Origin: Eutreptiella sp. 'Long Island Sound 2002'
Taxonomy: Eukaryota; Protista; Euglenida
NCBI GenBank assembly: GCA_964036045.1
Contig: OZ038379.1
Span: 74,958,001 to 75,022,000, forward strand
DNA length: 64,000 bases
Direction of reading: 5' to 3'
Part shown: in pieces, positions 48,740-62,000 of the stretch
Layout: each line of letters begins with the position of its first letter
Position numbering within the stretch: the first letter of the stretch is position 1
Notes under the pieces: model-generated
Told to the model about the DNA's origin: nothing
The model's input: the letters and a program-made list of their open reading frames with translations, nothing else
Database searches by the model: none
Made by a program: the position numbers and the translations under genes

Positions 48740-50420
48740 GCACTGCCACATTGACTGAGGGCAGTGGGCATTAGAATTCTTGCACTGCACTGCCACACTG
48801 CCCGTCGGCAGCGGGCACTGGAACTCCTTAAATGCATTGCCACACTACGTGGGGGCAGTGGGCAGTGGAACTCCCTCAATGGACAGCCCCACTGCCTGTG
48901 GGCAGTGGGCGTTGCGGCTCCTCCAATGCACCGCCAGACTGCCTTGGGGCACGAGGCATTGGAACTCATGTAATGCACCCGTGGGTAATGGGCAGTGGAA
49001 CTCCTGCAATGCACCGTCACACTACCTAGGGGCAGCAAGCAGTGAAATTCCCGCAATGCACCGGCGCACTGATTGTGGGCAGCAAGAAGCCGAACTCCCG
49101 CTAGTCACCGCCACACTTCTTGTGGGCAGTGGAACTCCTGCAATGCACCACCAATTTGCGTGTGGGCCGTGGGCAGTGGAATTGTTGCAATGTACCACCA
49201 CAATGCCTATGGGCAGTGGGCAGCACAATTTATGCAACGCACCGCCACACTGCTTGTGGGCAGTTGGAAGCCGAACTCTTGCAAGTCACCGCCATACATC
49301 TAAAGTCAGCAGGCAGTGGAACTGCTGAAATGCATTACCACACTCCCTGCGTGTAACGGGCTATGGAACTGCTGCAATGCACCGCCACACCGCCTGTGGA
49401 CAGTGGGGAGTGGAACTCCTGCACTGCACAGCCACACTGCATGGGGGCGGTGAGCGCTGCAACTAATGCAATGCACCTCCACACCGCCTGTGGGCGATGG
49501 GCACTGGAACTTCTGCAATGCAACGCCACACTGCTTGGGGGTTGTGGGCAGTGACACTCTTGCCATTAACTGCCCCACTCCCGGGGATAGTTGGCAGTGG
49601 AACTGTTGCAATGGAGTCCCGCACCACCTAGGGGTGGTGGGTAGTGGAACTGCTGCAATACACCGCCATAGCGCCGGTGGGTAGTGGGCAGCCGAACTTT
49701 TGCGATGCGCTGCCACACTGCATAGGGGCAAAGGGCACTGCAACTCCCGCAATGCACTGCCACACTGCCTAGGGGCCGTGGGCAGTGGAATGCTGCAACG
49801 CAATGCCACACTAATTGTTGGTAGTGCTGGGTAATGCATCTCCTACAATGCTCGGCCACAATGTCTTGGGGCACTGGGCAGTGGCACTCCTGCCATTCAT
49901 TGCCACATACCAGGGTGACAATTGGCAATGGAACTATTGCAATACACTGCAACACCGCCTAAGGGCCGTGGGCAGTGGAACTTGTGCAATACACCGTCAC
50001 ACTACCTGTGGGCTCTAGGTAGGCGACCTCCTGCCATTGGCCACCGCACCGCCTACGGGCAGCGGGTAGTAGAATCCCCGCAATGCACCGCCATACCGCT
50101 TGCGGGCAGAGGGCGGTGGAACTCTTGCAACGCACCTCCATACCGCCAGTGGGCGGTGGGTAGTGGAACTTCTGCAATGCACCTCCACAACGTGAGTGGG
50201 CGGTGGGCAGTGGAACTCGTGCAATGCACCGCCACAGTGCCTGGGGCTTGTGCGCAGTGGAACTCCTGCCATTCACCGCAACACTCCCCGGGGACAGCGG
50301 TGGAATTCTTGCAATGCACACCCGCACTGCATGCCGGCACTAGGGAGTGAAACTTGTGCAATGCACTAACACACTGCGGGTGGGCACTGGGCAGTTGAAC
50401 TCCCGCAATGCACAGCCACA
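48740..50420 (-). repeat. Same 47-bp satellite in the opposite orientation
   Basis: Units read gggcagtggaactcctgcaatgcaccgccacactgc, the reverse complement of the upstream monomer. Confidence 0.9.
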
Positions 50421-50624
50421 CAAGCTTGTGTACAAAGCTTCATGTCCCATGTCAGATGCGGCACGTTGTGTTTGCAGTGTATACAACAAGATGTGTGATA
50501 TGTCTGATGTAGGTATGAAGCTTGGAGGAAGGGGGGGGTTGGTGTCAAAATGGGTGTGCAAAAAGTTGATGCCCCCCCATCAAAGAAAAAAAATGATCAA
50601 GGGGTTGGGAAAGATGAAGCCACA

Positions 50625-53060
50625 ATGGGTCCCCAAAGGTCCCCATGGGTCCCCATAGGTGTGAATAGCACCCCATTGACGCCCAAAGGACCCCTACGTG
50701 CCAATAGGTTCACATAGGTTTCATTAGGTCCCCATAGGCCCCCATAGGTCCCCAAAGGTCACCATAGGTGCCCATGGTTCCCCAAAGATCCCCATAGATG
50801 ACATTAGGTCCCCATAGGCCCGCAGAGGTGCCCATAGATCCACATAGGTCCCCATAGGCCCCAAGAGGTGCCCATTCGTTCCCATAGGTTCCCGTAGGCC
50901 CCCACAGGTGCCCATAGGTTCCCATAGGTGCCCAGACGACCCCATAGGTGCCCATAGGTGTCAATAGGTGCCCACGGGCCCCAATAGCTCCCCGACGGTC
51001 CCCATAGGTCCACGTAGGTCCCCATAGGTCCCCGTGGGTCCCCACAGACCCCAACAAGTACCCATAGGCCCCCATAGGTGCCAATGGGTCCCCAAAGGTC
51101 CCCATGGGTCCCCATAGGTACCAATAGCTCCCCCTTGGTGCCCAAGGTCCTCATAGGTGCCAATAGGTTCACAAAGATCCCCATAGGTCCCCATAGGTCC
51201 CCAAAGGTCACCATAGGTGCCAATGGTTCCGCGAAGATCCCCATAGATGACATTAGGTCCACATCGGCCCCCATACGTCCCCAAAGGTCCCCATAGGTCC
51301 ACGTAGGTCCCCATCGGTCCCCATGGGTCCCTACAGACCCCAATAAGTCCCCATAGGCCCCCATAGGTGCCAATGGGTCCCCAAAGGTCCCCATGGGTCC
51401 CCATAGGTGCCAATAGCTCCCCCTTTGTGCCCAAGGGTCCCCATAGGTGCCAATAAGTTCACAAAGGTCCCCATAGGCCCCCATATGTCCCCAAAGGTCA
51501 CCATAGGTGCCAATGGTTCCCCAAAGATCCCCATAGGTGATATTAGGTCCCCATAGGCCCCATAGGCGCCCGTCCCCATAGGTCCCCATCGGCCCCCACA
51601 GGTGCCCATGAGTTCCCATAGGTTCCCATACGTTCCCACATGTGCCCATAGGTCCCCATAGGTGACAATAGGTCCCCACGGGCGCCAACAGGTCCCCATA
51701 GGTCCACGTAGATCCCCATAGGTCTCCAAAGGTCTCCATAGGTTCCCGGAGCTGTCCAAAGGACCCTATAGTTCCCGGGGCGCTATAGGGTCCTTTGGAG
51801 AGCTCCAAATATCCACCCAATAACATGCAAAGCAATTGAGTTACTCAATTTACACCCAATGTACAGAAAGTTACAGAAATTTACGGCAGTTTTTGAGAAA
51901 GATACAAAATTTTACGTAATTTAGAGCGGAAACTAAATTTGGCCTCTGCCCCCCCCCCATTATTTCCCGAGCAAAGATCCCCATAGGTCACCGGTGGTCC
52001 CCACAGTCCGCCATAGGTCCACATAGGCCCGCATACGTCCCCACAGGCCCCCGTAGGTCCCCATAGGTCCCCAGAGCGCCCCAAAGGAGCCAATGGGTCC
52101 CCATAGGCCCCAATAGGTCCCATAGGTCGCCATAGGTCCCCGTAGGTCCCTATAGGCCCCCGCGGGTGCCCATAGATTCGCATAGGTCCCCATAGGTGCC
52201 AATGGGTCCCTACAGGTCCGCATGGGTGCCAATGGGTCCCCATAGGTCCCCAAGGGCCCCCAAAGGTCCCCATAGGTCCCCATAGGTCCCAAAAAGATCC
52301 GCATAGGCCCCCAAAGAGCCCCATAGGTCCCCATAGGTGCCAATTGGTCGCCATAGGCCCCCATAGGTGCCAATAAGTCCCCATAGGCCGCCATAAGTCC
52401 CCATAGGTGCCAATGGGTCCCCATAGGTGCCCATAGGGCCCCGTAGGTCCCCAATAGTTCCCGTTAGGTCCCCATAGGTCCCCATAGGTCCTTACAGTAC
52501 CCCGTAGGCCCCCTTAGGTCCCCATAGGCCACTACAGGTGCCCATAGGTCCCCATAGGTGGCAATGGGTCCCCAAAGTTCCCCATAGGCCCCTAAAGGAT
52601 CCAAGAGGTCCCCATAGGTCCCCACACGGTCCCCATAGGCCCCGAAAGGGCCCCACACGTCCCCATAGGTGCCAATACGTCCCCATAGGCTCCCATAGGT
52701 GCCAACAGGTCCCCATAGGCCCCCATACATCCCCATAGGTCCCCAAATGCCCCCATAGGTGCCAATGGGTCCCTATAGGTGCCCATAGGCCCACGTAGGT
52801 CCCCAAGAGTTCCCCGTAGGTCCCCATAGGTCCCCATAAGCCCCCATAGGTGCCAATAGGCCCTCGGTCCCCCTAGGGCCTGATAGGTTCCCAGGGGTCT
52901 ACAAAGCACCTTATAGGTCCCCATAGGTCCCCAAGCGTCCCAATTGGTCCCCATAGGACCCCATAGGTCCGCAAAGGCCCCCATTGGTCCCCACATGACC
53001 CCATAGGTCCCCATAGGTCCCCACAGGCCCCGATAAGTCCGCATAGGTCCCCATAGGTTC
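50625..53060. repeat. Diverged ~10-bp ataggtcccc satellite, interrupted by an AT-rich insert at ~51780-51970
   Basis: Same unit as 14767-15978. It is preceded (50445-50580) by a leader homologous to 14630-14765. Confidence 0.93.
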
Positions 53061-53069
53061 CTAGAGGGC

Positions 53070-56000
53070 CCATATCTACACCCTCCAAGGTTTCACCGCA
53101 CCCCTTGTAGAATAGTGTAGACGACCTCATGGTGTGAATCGTTGAAGGGCCTACACCCTTCAAGGGTTCACCGCATCACGTGTACACTAGCGTAAACCTC
53201 ATGGAGTGAATCCTTGAGGAGTCTGAAGTCTCCAAGGATTCACCGCATCACCTATACACTAATGTATAACTCATGCCGTGAATCTTTGGGGGGTCTAAAC
53301 TCAAAGGATTCACCGCATCACCTGTGCGGTAGTGGAAACCTCATGGGGTGAATCCTTGGAGGGGCTATACCTCTCAAGGAATCACAACAGGCATTGTAGA
53401 CAAGGTGTATAGGGGCAGACAATGAACATTGGAAAGGTGTACGCCGCTCCAACATTCATCGCGAGGGGTATATGGCCCTCCACAAAGGTTATAGGGGCAT
53501 GCGATGAACATTGGAAGGATGTACACCCCAGTGTACAGCCCGTGCGGTGAATCCTTGACGAGTCTACATCCTCCAAGGGTTCACGGCATCCACTCTAGAC
53601 TAGTGTATAACCCACACAAGGAATGCTTGAAGGGTCTAAACCCTCCAAAGTTTCACCGCATCAACTCTAGGTTAGTGTACAACTTGTGCGATGATACCTT
53701 GTAGGGTCTACACCGTCTAAGGATTCATCGCATCCACTTTGGACTATTCTACAGCCCATGCGATGAATCCTTGAAACGTTTGCACCTGTCATGGATTCAT
53801 CGCATCCACTTTAGCCTAGTGTAGAACCCCCGCGATGAATCCTTCGAGGGTCTACACCCTCCAAGGATTCATCCCATCCCATGTACACTACTGTATAGTC
53901 CACGCGATGTGTCCTTGGAGGGTCTACACCAATCAAGGACTCATCGCATAGACTATACATCAGTGTGAAGCCCATGGGATGAATCCATGGAGGGTCTACA
54001 ACCATCAAGGTGCCATCGCCTCAACTCTACATCATTGTACAGCCCATGCTGTGAATCCTTGGAGGGTCTACACCCTCCAAACATTCATCGCATCCAGTCT
54101 ATATCAGTGTAGAGCCCATGGGATGAAGACTTGGAGGGTCTACACCCTCCAATGATTCCTCGCATCCACTCAAGACTAGTGTAGAGCCCATGCGATGAAT
54201 TGTTGAAGGGTCTACACCCCCGAAAAATTTATCGCATCCACTCTAGACTATTGTACAGTCCATGCGATGTGTCCTTGGACGGTCTACAGCAATCAAGGAT
54301 TGATCGCATACACTATACATCGGTTTACAGCCCATTGGATGAATCAGTGGAGGGTCTACACCCATCAAGGCGCCATCGCATCCACTCGACATCAATGTGC
54401 AGCCCATGGGATGAATACTTGACGGGTCTACACGGATCAAGGATTCATCCCATGCACCCTAGACTAGTGTGCAACCGATGCGATGAATCCTTGAAGGGTC
54501 TAAACTCTCCAAGGAATCATCTATTCCACTCTAGACTGACGTACAACCCATGCGTTGCATCCTTGGAGGGTCTATACCGTGGAAGGATTCATCGCATGCA
54601 CTCTACATCAATGTACAGCCCACGCGATCAATCCTTGAAGGGTCTACACCCTCCAACAATTCATCGAATCCACTTCCCACTATTGTACAACCCACGAGAT
54701 GAATCCTTCAAGAGTCTACACCCTCCAAGGATTCATCGCATCCACTCTACACTAGTGTACAACCCATGTGATGAATCCTTGAAGGGTCTACCCCCTCCAA
54801 AGATTCATCGCATCCCCTCTAGACTAGTGCACAGCCCATGCGGTGAATCCTTCAAGGGTCTACAACCTCCACGGATTCATCGCATCCACTGTAGACTAGT
54901 GTGCAAGCCCTCCGAAGATTCACCGCATGGGTTGTACATTACTCTAGAGTGGATGCAATGAATTCTTGGAGCGTGTGCACCCTTCAAGGATTCATCGCAT
55001 GGGCTGTACACTAGTCTAGACCAGATGCGATGAATCCTTGGACGGTGTGGACCCCTCAAGGACTCCTCGCATGGGTTCCACACTAGTCTCGAGGGAATGC
55101 GATGAATCCTAGATGGGTGTAGACCCTCCAAAGATTCACCGCATGGGCAGTATACTAGTCTAGAGTGGATGCGATGAATCCTTAGGGAGTATGGACCCTC
55201 CAAGGATTCACTGCATGGGCTGTACAGTAGTGTACAGTGCATGCCATGAATCCTTGGAGGGTGTGCAGCATTCAAGGATTCATTGCATCGGCATTACATT
55301 AGTCTACAGTGGATGCGATGTATCCTTGGGGAGTATAGACCCTCCAAGGATTCACGGCATGGGCTGTACACTAGTCTAGAGTGGATGCAATGACTCTTGG
55401 GAGGGTGTAGACCCTCCAAGGATTCAGAGCATGGGCTATACACTAGTCTAGAGTGGATGCGATGAATCCTTGGACGGTGTAGACTCTTCAAGGATTCATC
55501 ACAAGGTTTCTACATGAGTGTAGAGTGGATGCGATGACCCCTTGGAGGGTGTAGACCCTTCAAAGATTCCTCGCATGGGTTCTACACTAGTGTAGATTGC
55601 ATGCGATGAATGCTTGATGGGTGTAGACCCTCCAAGGATTCACCGCATGGGCCGTAAACTAGTCTAGGGTGGATGCAATGAATCCTTGCTTGGTGTAGTC
55701 CCTCAAACGATTTGTCGCATGCGTTGTTCAATAGTCTAGAGTGGATGCGATGAATCCCTGGAGGGTGTAGACTCTTCAAGGATTCATCGCATGGGCTGTA
55801 CACTAGTGTAGAGTGGATGCGATGAATCCTTGGAGGGTGTCGACCCTCCAAGGATTCATCGCATGGCTTGTACACTAGTCTTGAGTGGATGTGATGAATC
55901 CTTGATGGGTGTAGACCCTCCAAGGCCTCATCGCATGGCTTGTATACTTGTCTACAGGGGATGCGATGAATCCTTGATGCAAGTAAACCCTACAAGGATC

Positions 56001-59000
56001 CATCGCATAGGGTCTACTCTAGGCTGGAATGGATGCGATGAATACTTGGAGGGTGTAGACCCTTCAAGGAATCATTGCATGGGCTATACAACAATCTAGA
56101 GTGGAGGTGATGAATTCTTGGAGGGTTTAGACAGGTACAGGGGATACAGGGGATACAGGGGATGCGATGGATCCTTGATGCAAGTAGACCCTGCAAGGAT
56201 CCATCGCATAGGGTCTACACTAGTCTGGAATGAATGCGATGAATACCTGGAGGGTGTAGACCCTTCAAGGATTCATTGCATGGGCTATACAGCAATCTAG
56301 AGTGGATGTGATGACTTCTTGGAGGGTTTAGACCCTTGAATGATTCATCGCATGGACTAGACACCAGTCTAGAGTAGATGCAATGAATCCTTGGAGAGTG
56401 TAGACCCCCCATGGATTCAAAGCATGGGCTGTACACTAGTCTAGAGTGGATGCGATAAATCGTTGGACGGTGTAGACTCTTCAAGGATTCATCACAAGGG
56501 TTCTACCCGAGTGTAGAGTAGATGCGATGACTCCTTGGAGAGTGTAGACGCTTCAAAGATTCCTCGCATGGGTTCCACACTAGTCTAGATTGCATGCGAT
56601 GAATGCTTGATGGGTATAGACCCTCCATGGATTCATCACATGGGCCGTAAACTAGTCTAGGGTGGATGCAAGAATTCCTTGCTCCGTGTAGTCCCTCAAA
56701 CGATTCATCGCATGCGTTGTTCAATAGTCTAGAGTGGATGCGATGAATGCCTGAAGTGTGTAGACCCTTCAAGGATTCATCGCATGGGCTGTACACTAGT
56801 CTAGAGTGGATGCGATGAATCCTTGGAGGGTGTCGACCCTCCAAGGATGTATCGCATGGCGTGTACACTAGTCTGGAGTGGAAGTGATGAATCCTTGATG
56901 GGTGTGGACCCTCCAAAGCCTCATCGCAAGGGTTGTATACTTGTCTACAAGCGATGCCATGGATCCTTGATGCATGTAGACCCTGCAAGGATCCATCGCA
57001 TAGGGTCTACACTAGTCTGGAATGGATGCGATGAATACTTGGAGGGTGTAGACCCTTCAACGATTCATTGCATGGGCTATACAACAATCTAGGGTGGATG
57101 TGATGAATTCTTGGAGGGTTTAGACCCTTGAACGATTCATCGCATGGACTGGACACCAGTCTAGAGTAGATGCAATGAATCCTTGGAGAGTGTAGACCCT
57201 CCAAGGATTCAAAGCATGGGTGGTACACTAGTCTACAGTGGATGCGATGAATCCATAGATGCTGTATACCCTTCAATGATTCATCGCAACGGCTGTGCAC
57301 CAGTGTAGAGTGGATGCGATCAAATCTTGGAGAGTCTGGACCCTCCAAGGATTCACTGCATGGGTTGTACAGTAGTGTACAGTGGATGCGATGAATCCTT
57401 GGAGGGTGTGGACCATTCAAGAAGTCATCGCATGGGCTTTACATTAGTCTACAGTGGATGCGATGTATCCTTGGGGAGTATAGACCCTCGAAGGATTCAC
57501 GGCGTGGGCTGTACACTAGTCTACAGTGGATGCGATGAATCTTGGGAGGGTGTAGACCCTCCAAGGCTTCAAAGCATGGGCTGTACAGTAGTCTAGAGTG
57601 GATGCGATAAATCCTTGGACGGAAAGACTCTTCAAGGATTCATCACAAGGGTTCTGCACGAATGTAGAGTGTATGTGATGACTCCTTGGAGAGTGTAGAC
57701 CCTTCGAAGATTCCTTGCATGGGTTCTACACTAGTCTAGATTGCATGCGATGAATGCTTGATGGGTGTAGACCCTCCAAGGATTCACCCCATGGGCCGTA
57801 AACTAGTCTAGGGTGGATGCAATGAATCCTTGCTTGGTGTAGTCCCTCAAACGATTGATCGCATGCGTTGTTCAATGATCTAGAGTGGATGCGATGAATC
57901 CCTGGAGGGTGTAGACTCTTCAAGGATTCATCGCATGGGCTGTACACTATTCTAGAGTGGATGCGATGAATCATTGCAGGGTGTCGACCCTCCAAGGATG
58001 TATTACATGGCCTGTACACTAGTCTAGAGTGGACGCGATGAATCCTTGATGGGTGTAGACCCTCCAAGGCCTCATCGCATGGCTTGTATACTTGTCTACA
58101 GGGGATGCGATGGATCCTGGATGCATGTAGACCGTGCAAGGATCCATCGCATAGGGTCTACACTAGTCTGGAATGAATGCGATGAATACTTGGAGGGTGT
58201 AGACCCTTCAAGGATTCATTGCATGGGCTATACAGCAATCTAGAGTGGAGGTGACGACTTCTTGGAGGGTTTAGACCCTTGAATGATTCATCGCATGGAC
58301 TGGACACCAGTCTAGAGTAGATGCAATGAATCCTTGGAGAGTGTAGACCCTCAAAGGACTCAAAGCATGGGCTGTACACTAGTCTAGAGTGGATGCGATA
58401 AATCCTTGGACGGTGTAGACTCTTCAAGGATTCATCATAAGGGTTCTACATGAGTGTAGAGTGGATGCGATGACTCCTTGGAGAGTGTAGACCCTTCAAA
58501 GATTCCTCGCATGGGTTCTACACTAGTCTAGATTGCATGCGATGAATGCTTGATGGGTATAGACCCTCCAAGGATTCACCGCATGGGCCTTAAACTAGTC
58601 TAGGGTGCATGCAATGAATCCTTGCTTGGTGTAGTCCCTCAAACGATTCATCGCATGTGATGTTTAATAGTCTAGAGTGGATGCCATGAATCCCTTGAGG
58701 GTGCACACCCTTCAAGGATTCATCGCATGGGCTGTACACTAGTCTAGAGTGGACGTGATGAATCCTTGATGGGTGTAGACCCTCCAAGGCCTCATCGCAT
58801 GGCTTGTATACTTGTCTACAACGGATGCCATGGATCCTTGTTGCATGTAGACCCTGCAAGGATCAATCGCATAGGGTCTACACTAGTGTGGAATGGATGC
58901 AATGAATACTTGGAGGGTGTAGACCCTTCAAGAATTCATTGCATGGGCTATACAACAATCTAGGGTGGATGTGATGAATTCTTGGAGGGTTTAGACCCTT

Positions 59001-62000
59001 GAATGATTCATCGCATGGACTGGACACCAGTCTAGAGTAGATGCAATGAATCCTGGGAGAGTGTAGACCCTCCAAGGATTCAAAGCATGGGTGGTACACT
59101 AGTCTAGAGTGGATGCGATGAATCCTTGGATGGTGTATACCCTTCAAGGATTCATCGCAACGGCTGTGCACCAGTCTAGAGTGGATGCAATGAATCCTTG
59201 GAGGGTGTAGACCCTTCAAGGATCCAAGACATGGGCTGTACACCAGTCTGGAGTGGATGCGATGAATCCTTGGAGGGTGTAGACCAATAAAGGATTCATC
59301 GCATGGGCTCTACACCAGTTTAGAGTGGATGCAATAAATCCTTGATGGGTGTAGACCCTCCAAGGATTCAAGCCATTGTATGTACACTAGTCTATAGGGG
59401 ATGCGTTTAATCCTTGATGGATGTAGACCTTGCAAGGATCGGTCGTATGGGGTCTACACGAGGCTAGTGTGCATGCGATGATTCCTTGAAGGGTCTAGAC
59501 CCTCCAAGGATTCATCGCATGGGCTGTACAATAGTCTAGAGTGGATGCGATGAATGCTTGGAGGCTGTAGACCCTTCAACGACTCATTGCATGGGTTCTA
59601 CACTAGTTGTAGATTGGACGCCATGAAACCTTGGAGGTTGTGGACCGTTCAACGATTCGCTGCATGGGTTGTACACTAGTCTAGAGGGGATAGCATGAAT
59701 CCTTGATGGGTGTAGACCCTCCAAGGATTCATTGCATTGCCTGTACACTACTCTACAGGGCATGCGATTAATCCTTGATGGATGTAGACCCTCCAAGGAT
59801 CCATCGCATAGGGTCTACACTCGTCTGGAGTGGATGCGATGATTCGTTGAACGGTCTAGACCCTGGAAGGATTGATCACATGAGCTGTATACTAGTCTAG
59901 AGTGGGTGCGATGAATCCTTGGAGGTTGTAGACCATTCAAAGATTCATCGCATGGGTTCTACACTAGTTCTAGCGTGGATGCGATGAATCCTTGGAGGGT
60001 GTAAACTCTTCAAGGATTCAGCGCATGGGTTGTACACTAGTCTAGACTGGATGTGATGAATCCTTGATGGGTGTAGACCCTCCAAAGATCCATCGCACGG
60101 GTTATACACTAGTCTAGAGTGAATGCGATGAATCTTTGGAGAGTGTAGACCCCCCAAGCATTTACCGCATAGGCTGCAGAGGCTGTGTACTAGTCGATAG
60201 TGGATGCGATGAATCCTTGATGGGTGTAGACCCTCATGGGATTCATCACATGGCCTATACCCTAGGTTATAGGGTATGCGATAAATCCATGATGGATGTA
60301 GACCCTGCAAGGATCCATCACACGGGGTCTAAACTAGTCGAGAGTGGATGCGATGAATCATTGGAGGGTGTAGACCCTTCAAAGGGTTAATTGCATGAGC
60401 TGTACACCAGTCTACGGTGGATGCGATGAATCCTTGACGGATGTAGACCCTCCAAAAATCCATCAAACTGGTTCCGCAATAATCTACACTGGATGCGATG
60501 AATCCTTGGAGGGCGTAGACCCTTCCACAGTTCCTCCCATAGGTTCTAAACTAGTCTGGACTGGATGCGATGAATCCTTGATGGGTGTAGACCCTCCAAG
60601 GATTCACCGCATCGGCCGTACACTAGTCTACAGTGGATGCACTCAATCCTTGGAGGTTGTAGACCCTCCAAGGATTCACTGCATGGGCTGTACACTTATG
60701 TACAGGGGATGCACTGAATCTTCCGAGTGTGTAGATTCTTCAAGAATTCATCGCATGGGTTGTACACTAGTCCAGAGTGGATGCCATGAATCCTTGGAGG
60801 GTGTAGACCCTCCAAAGATTGACTTCATGGGCGTAGACTCTTCAAGAATTCATCGCATATGGGCATATCCATATGGGCCGTACACTAGTCTATAGGGGAT
60901 GCGATTAATCTTTGATGGATGTAGACCCTCCAAGGATCCATCACATAGGGTCTACACTAGTCTGGAGTGGATGCGATGATTCGTTGAAGGGTCTAGACCC
61001 TCCAAGGATTCATCCCGTGGGCTCTATACTAGTCTAGAGTGGGTGCGATGAATCCTTGGAGGCTGTAGACCATTCAAAGATTCATCGCATGGGTTCTACA
61101 CTAGTTCTAGAGTGGAGGCGATGAATCCTTGGAGGGTGTAAACCCTTCAAGGATTCACCGCATGGGTCGTAGACCAGTCTAGACTGGATGCGATGAATCC
61201 TTGATGGGTGTAGACCCTGCAAGGATCCATCGCACGGGTTCTACGATAGTCTAGAGTGGATGCGATGAATCTTTGAAGCGTGTAGACCCTCCAAGCATTT
61301 ACCGCATAGGCTGCATAGGCTGTGTACTAGTCTACAGTGGATGCGATGAATCCTTGATGGGTGTAGACCCTGCAAGATCCATCGCACTGGTTCTAAACTA
61401 GTCGAGAGTGGATGCAATGACTCATTGGGGGTTGTAGACCCTTCAAGGATTGATTGCATGAGCTGTACACTAGTCTAAAGTGGATGCGATGAATCCTTGG
61501 TGGATGTAGACCCTCCACGGATCCATCAAACTGGTTCCACACTAGTCTAGAGTGGATTCGATCAATCCTTGGAGAGAGTAGACCCTTCAAGAGTTCCTTG
61601 CATAGGTTCTACACTAGTCTAGAGTGGATGCGATGAATCCTTGATGGGTGTAGACCCTCCAAGGATTCACCGCATGGGCGGAACACTGATGTACAGGGGA
61701 TGCAATGAATCCTTGGAGGGCGTACATTCTTCAAGAATTCATCGCATGGGTTCTACACTAGTCCACAGTGGATGCCATGAATCTTTGGAGGGTGTAGACT
61801 CTTCAAGGATTCACCGCATGGGTTGTACACTAGTATGGAGTGGATGCCGTGAGTCAATGGAGGGTGTACACGCACCAAGGATTCATCGCATGGGCTGTAC
61901 AATAGTCTAGAGTTGATGCGATGAATCCTCGATGGGTGTAAACCCTCCATCAACTCTAGACTACTGTACAGCCATTGCGATGAATCCTTCGAGGGTCTTC

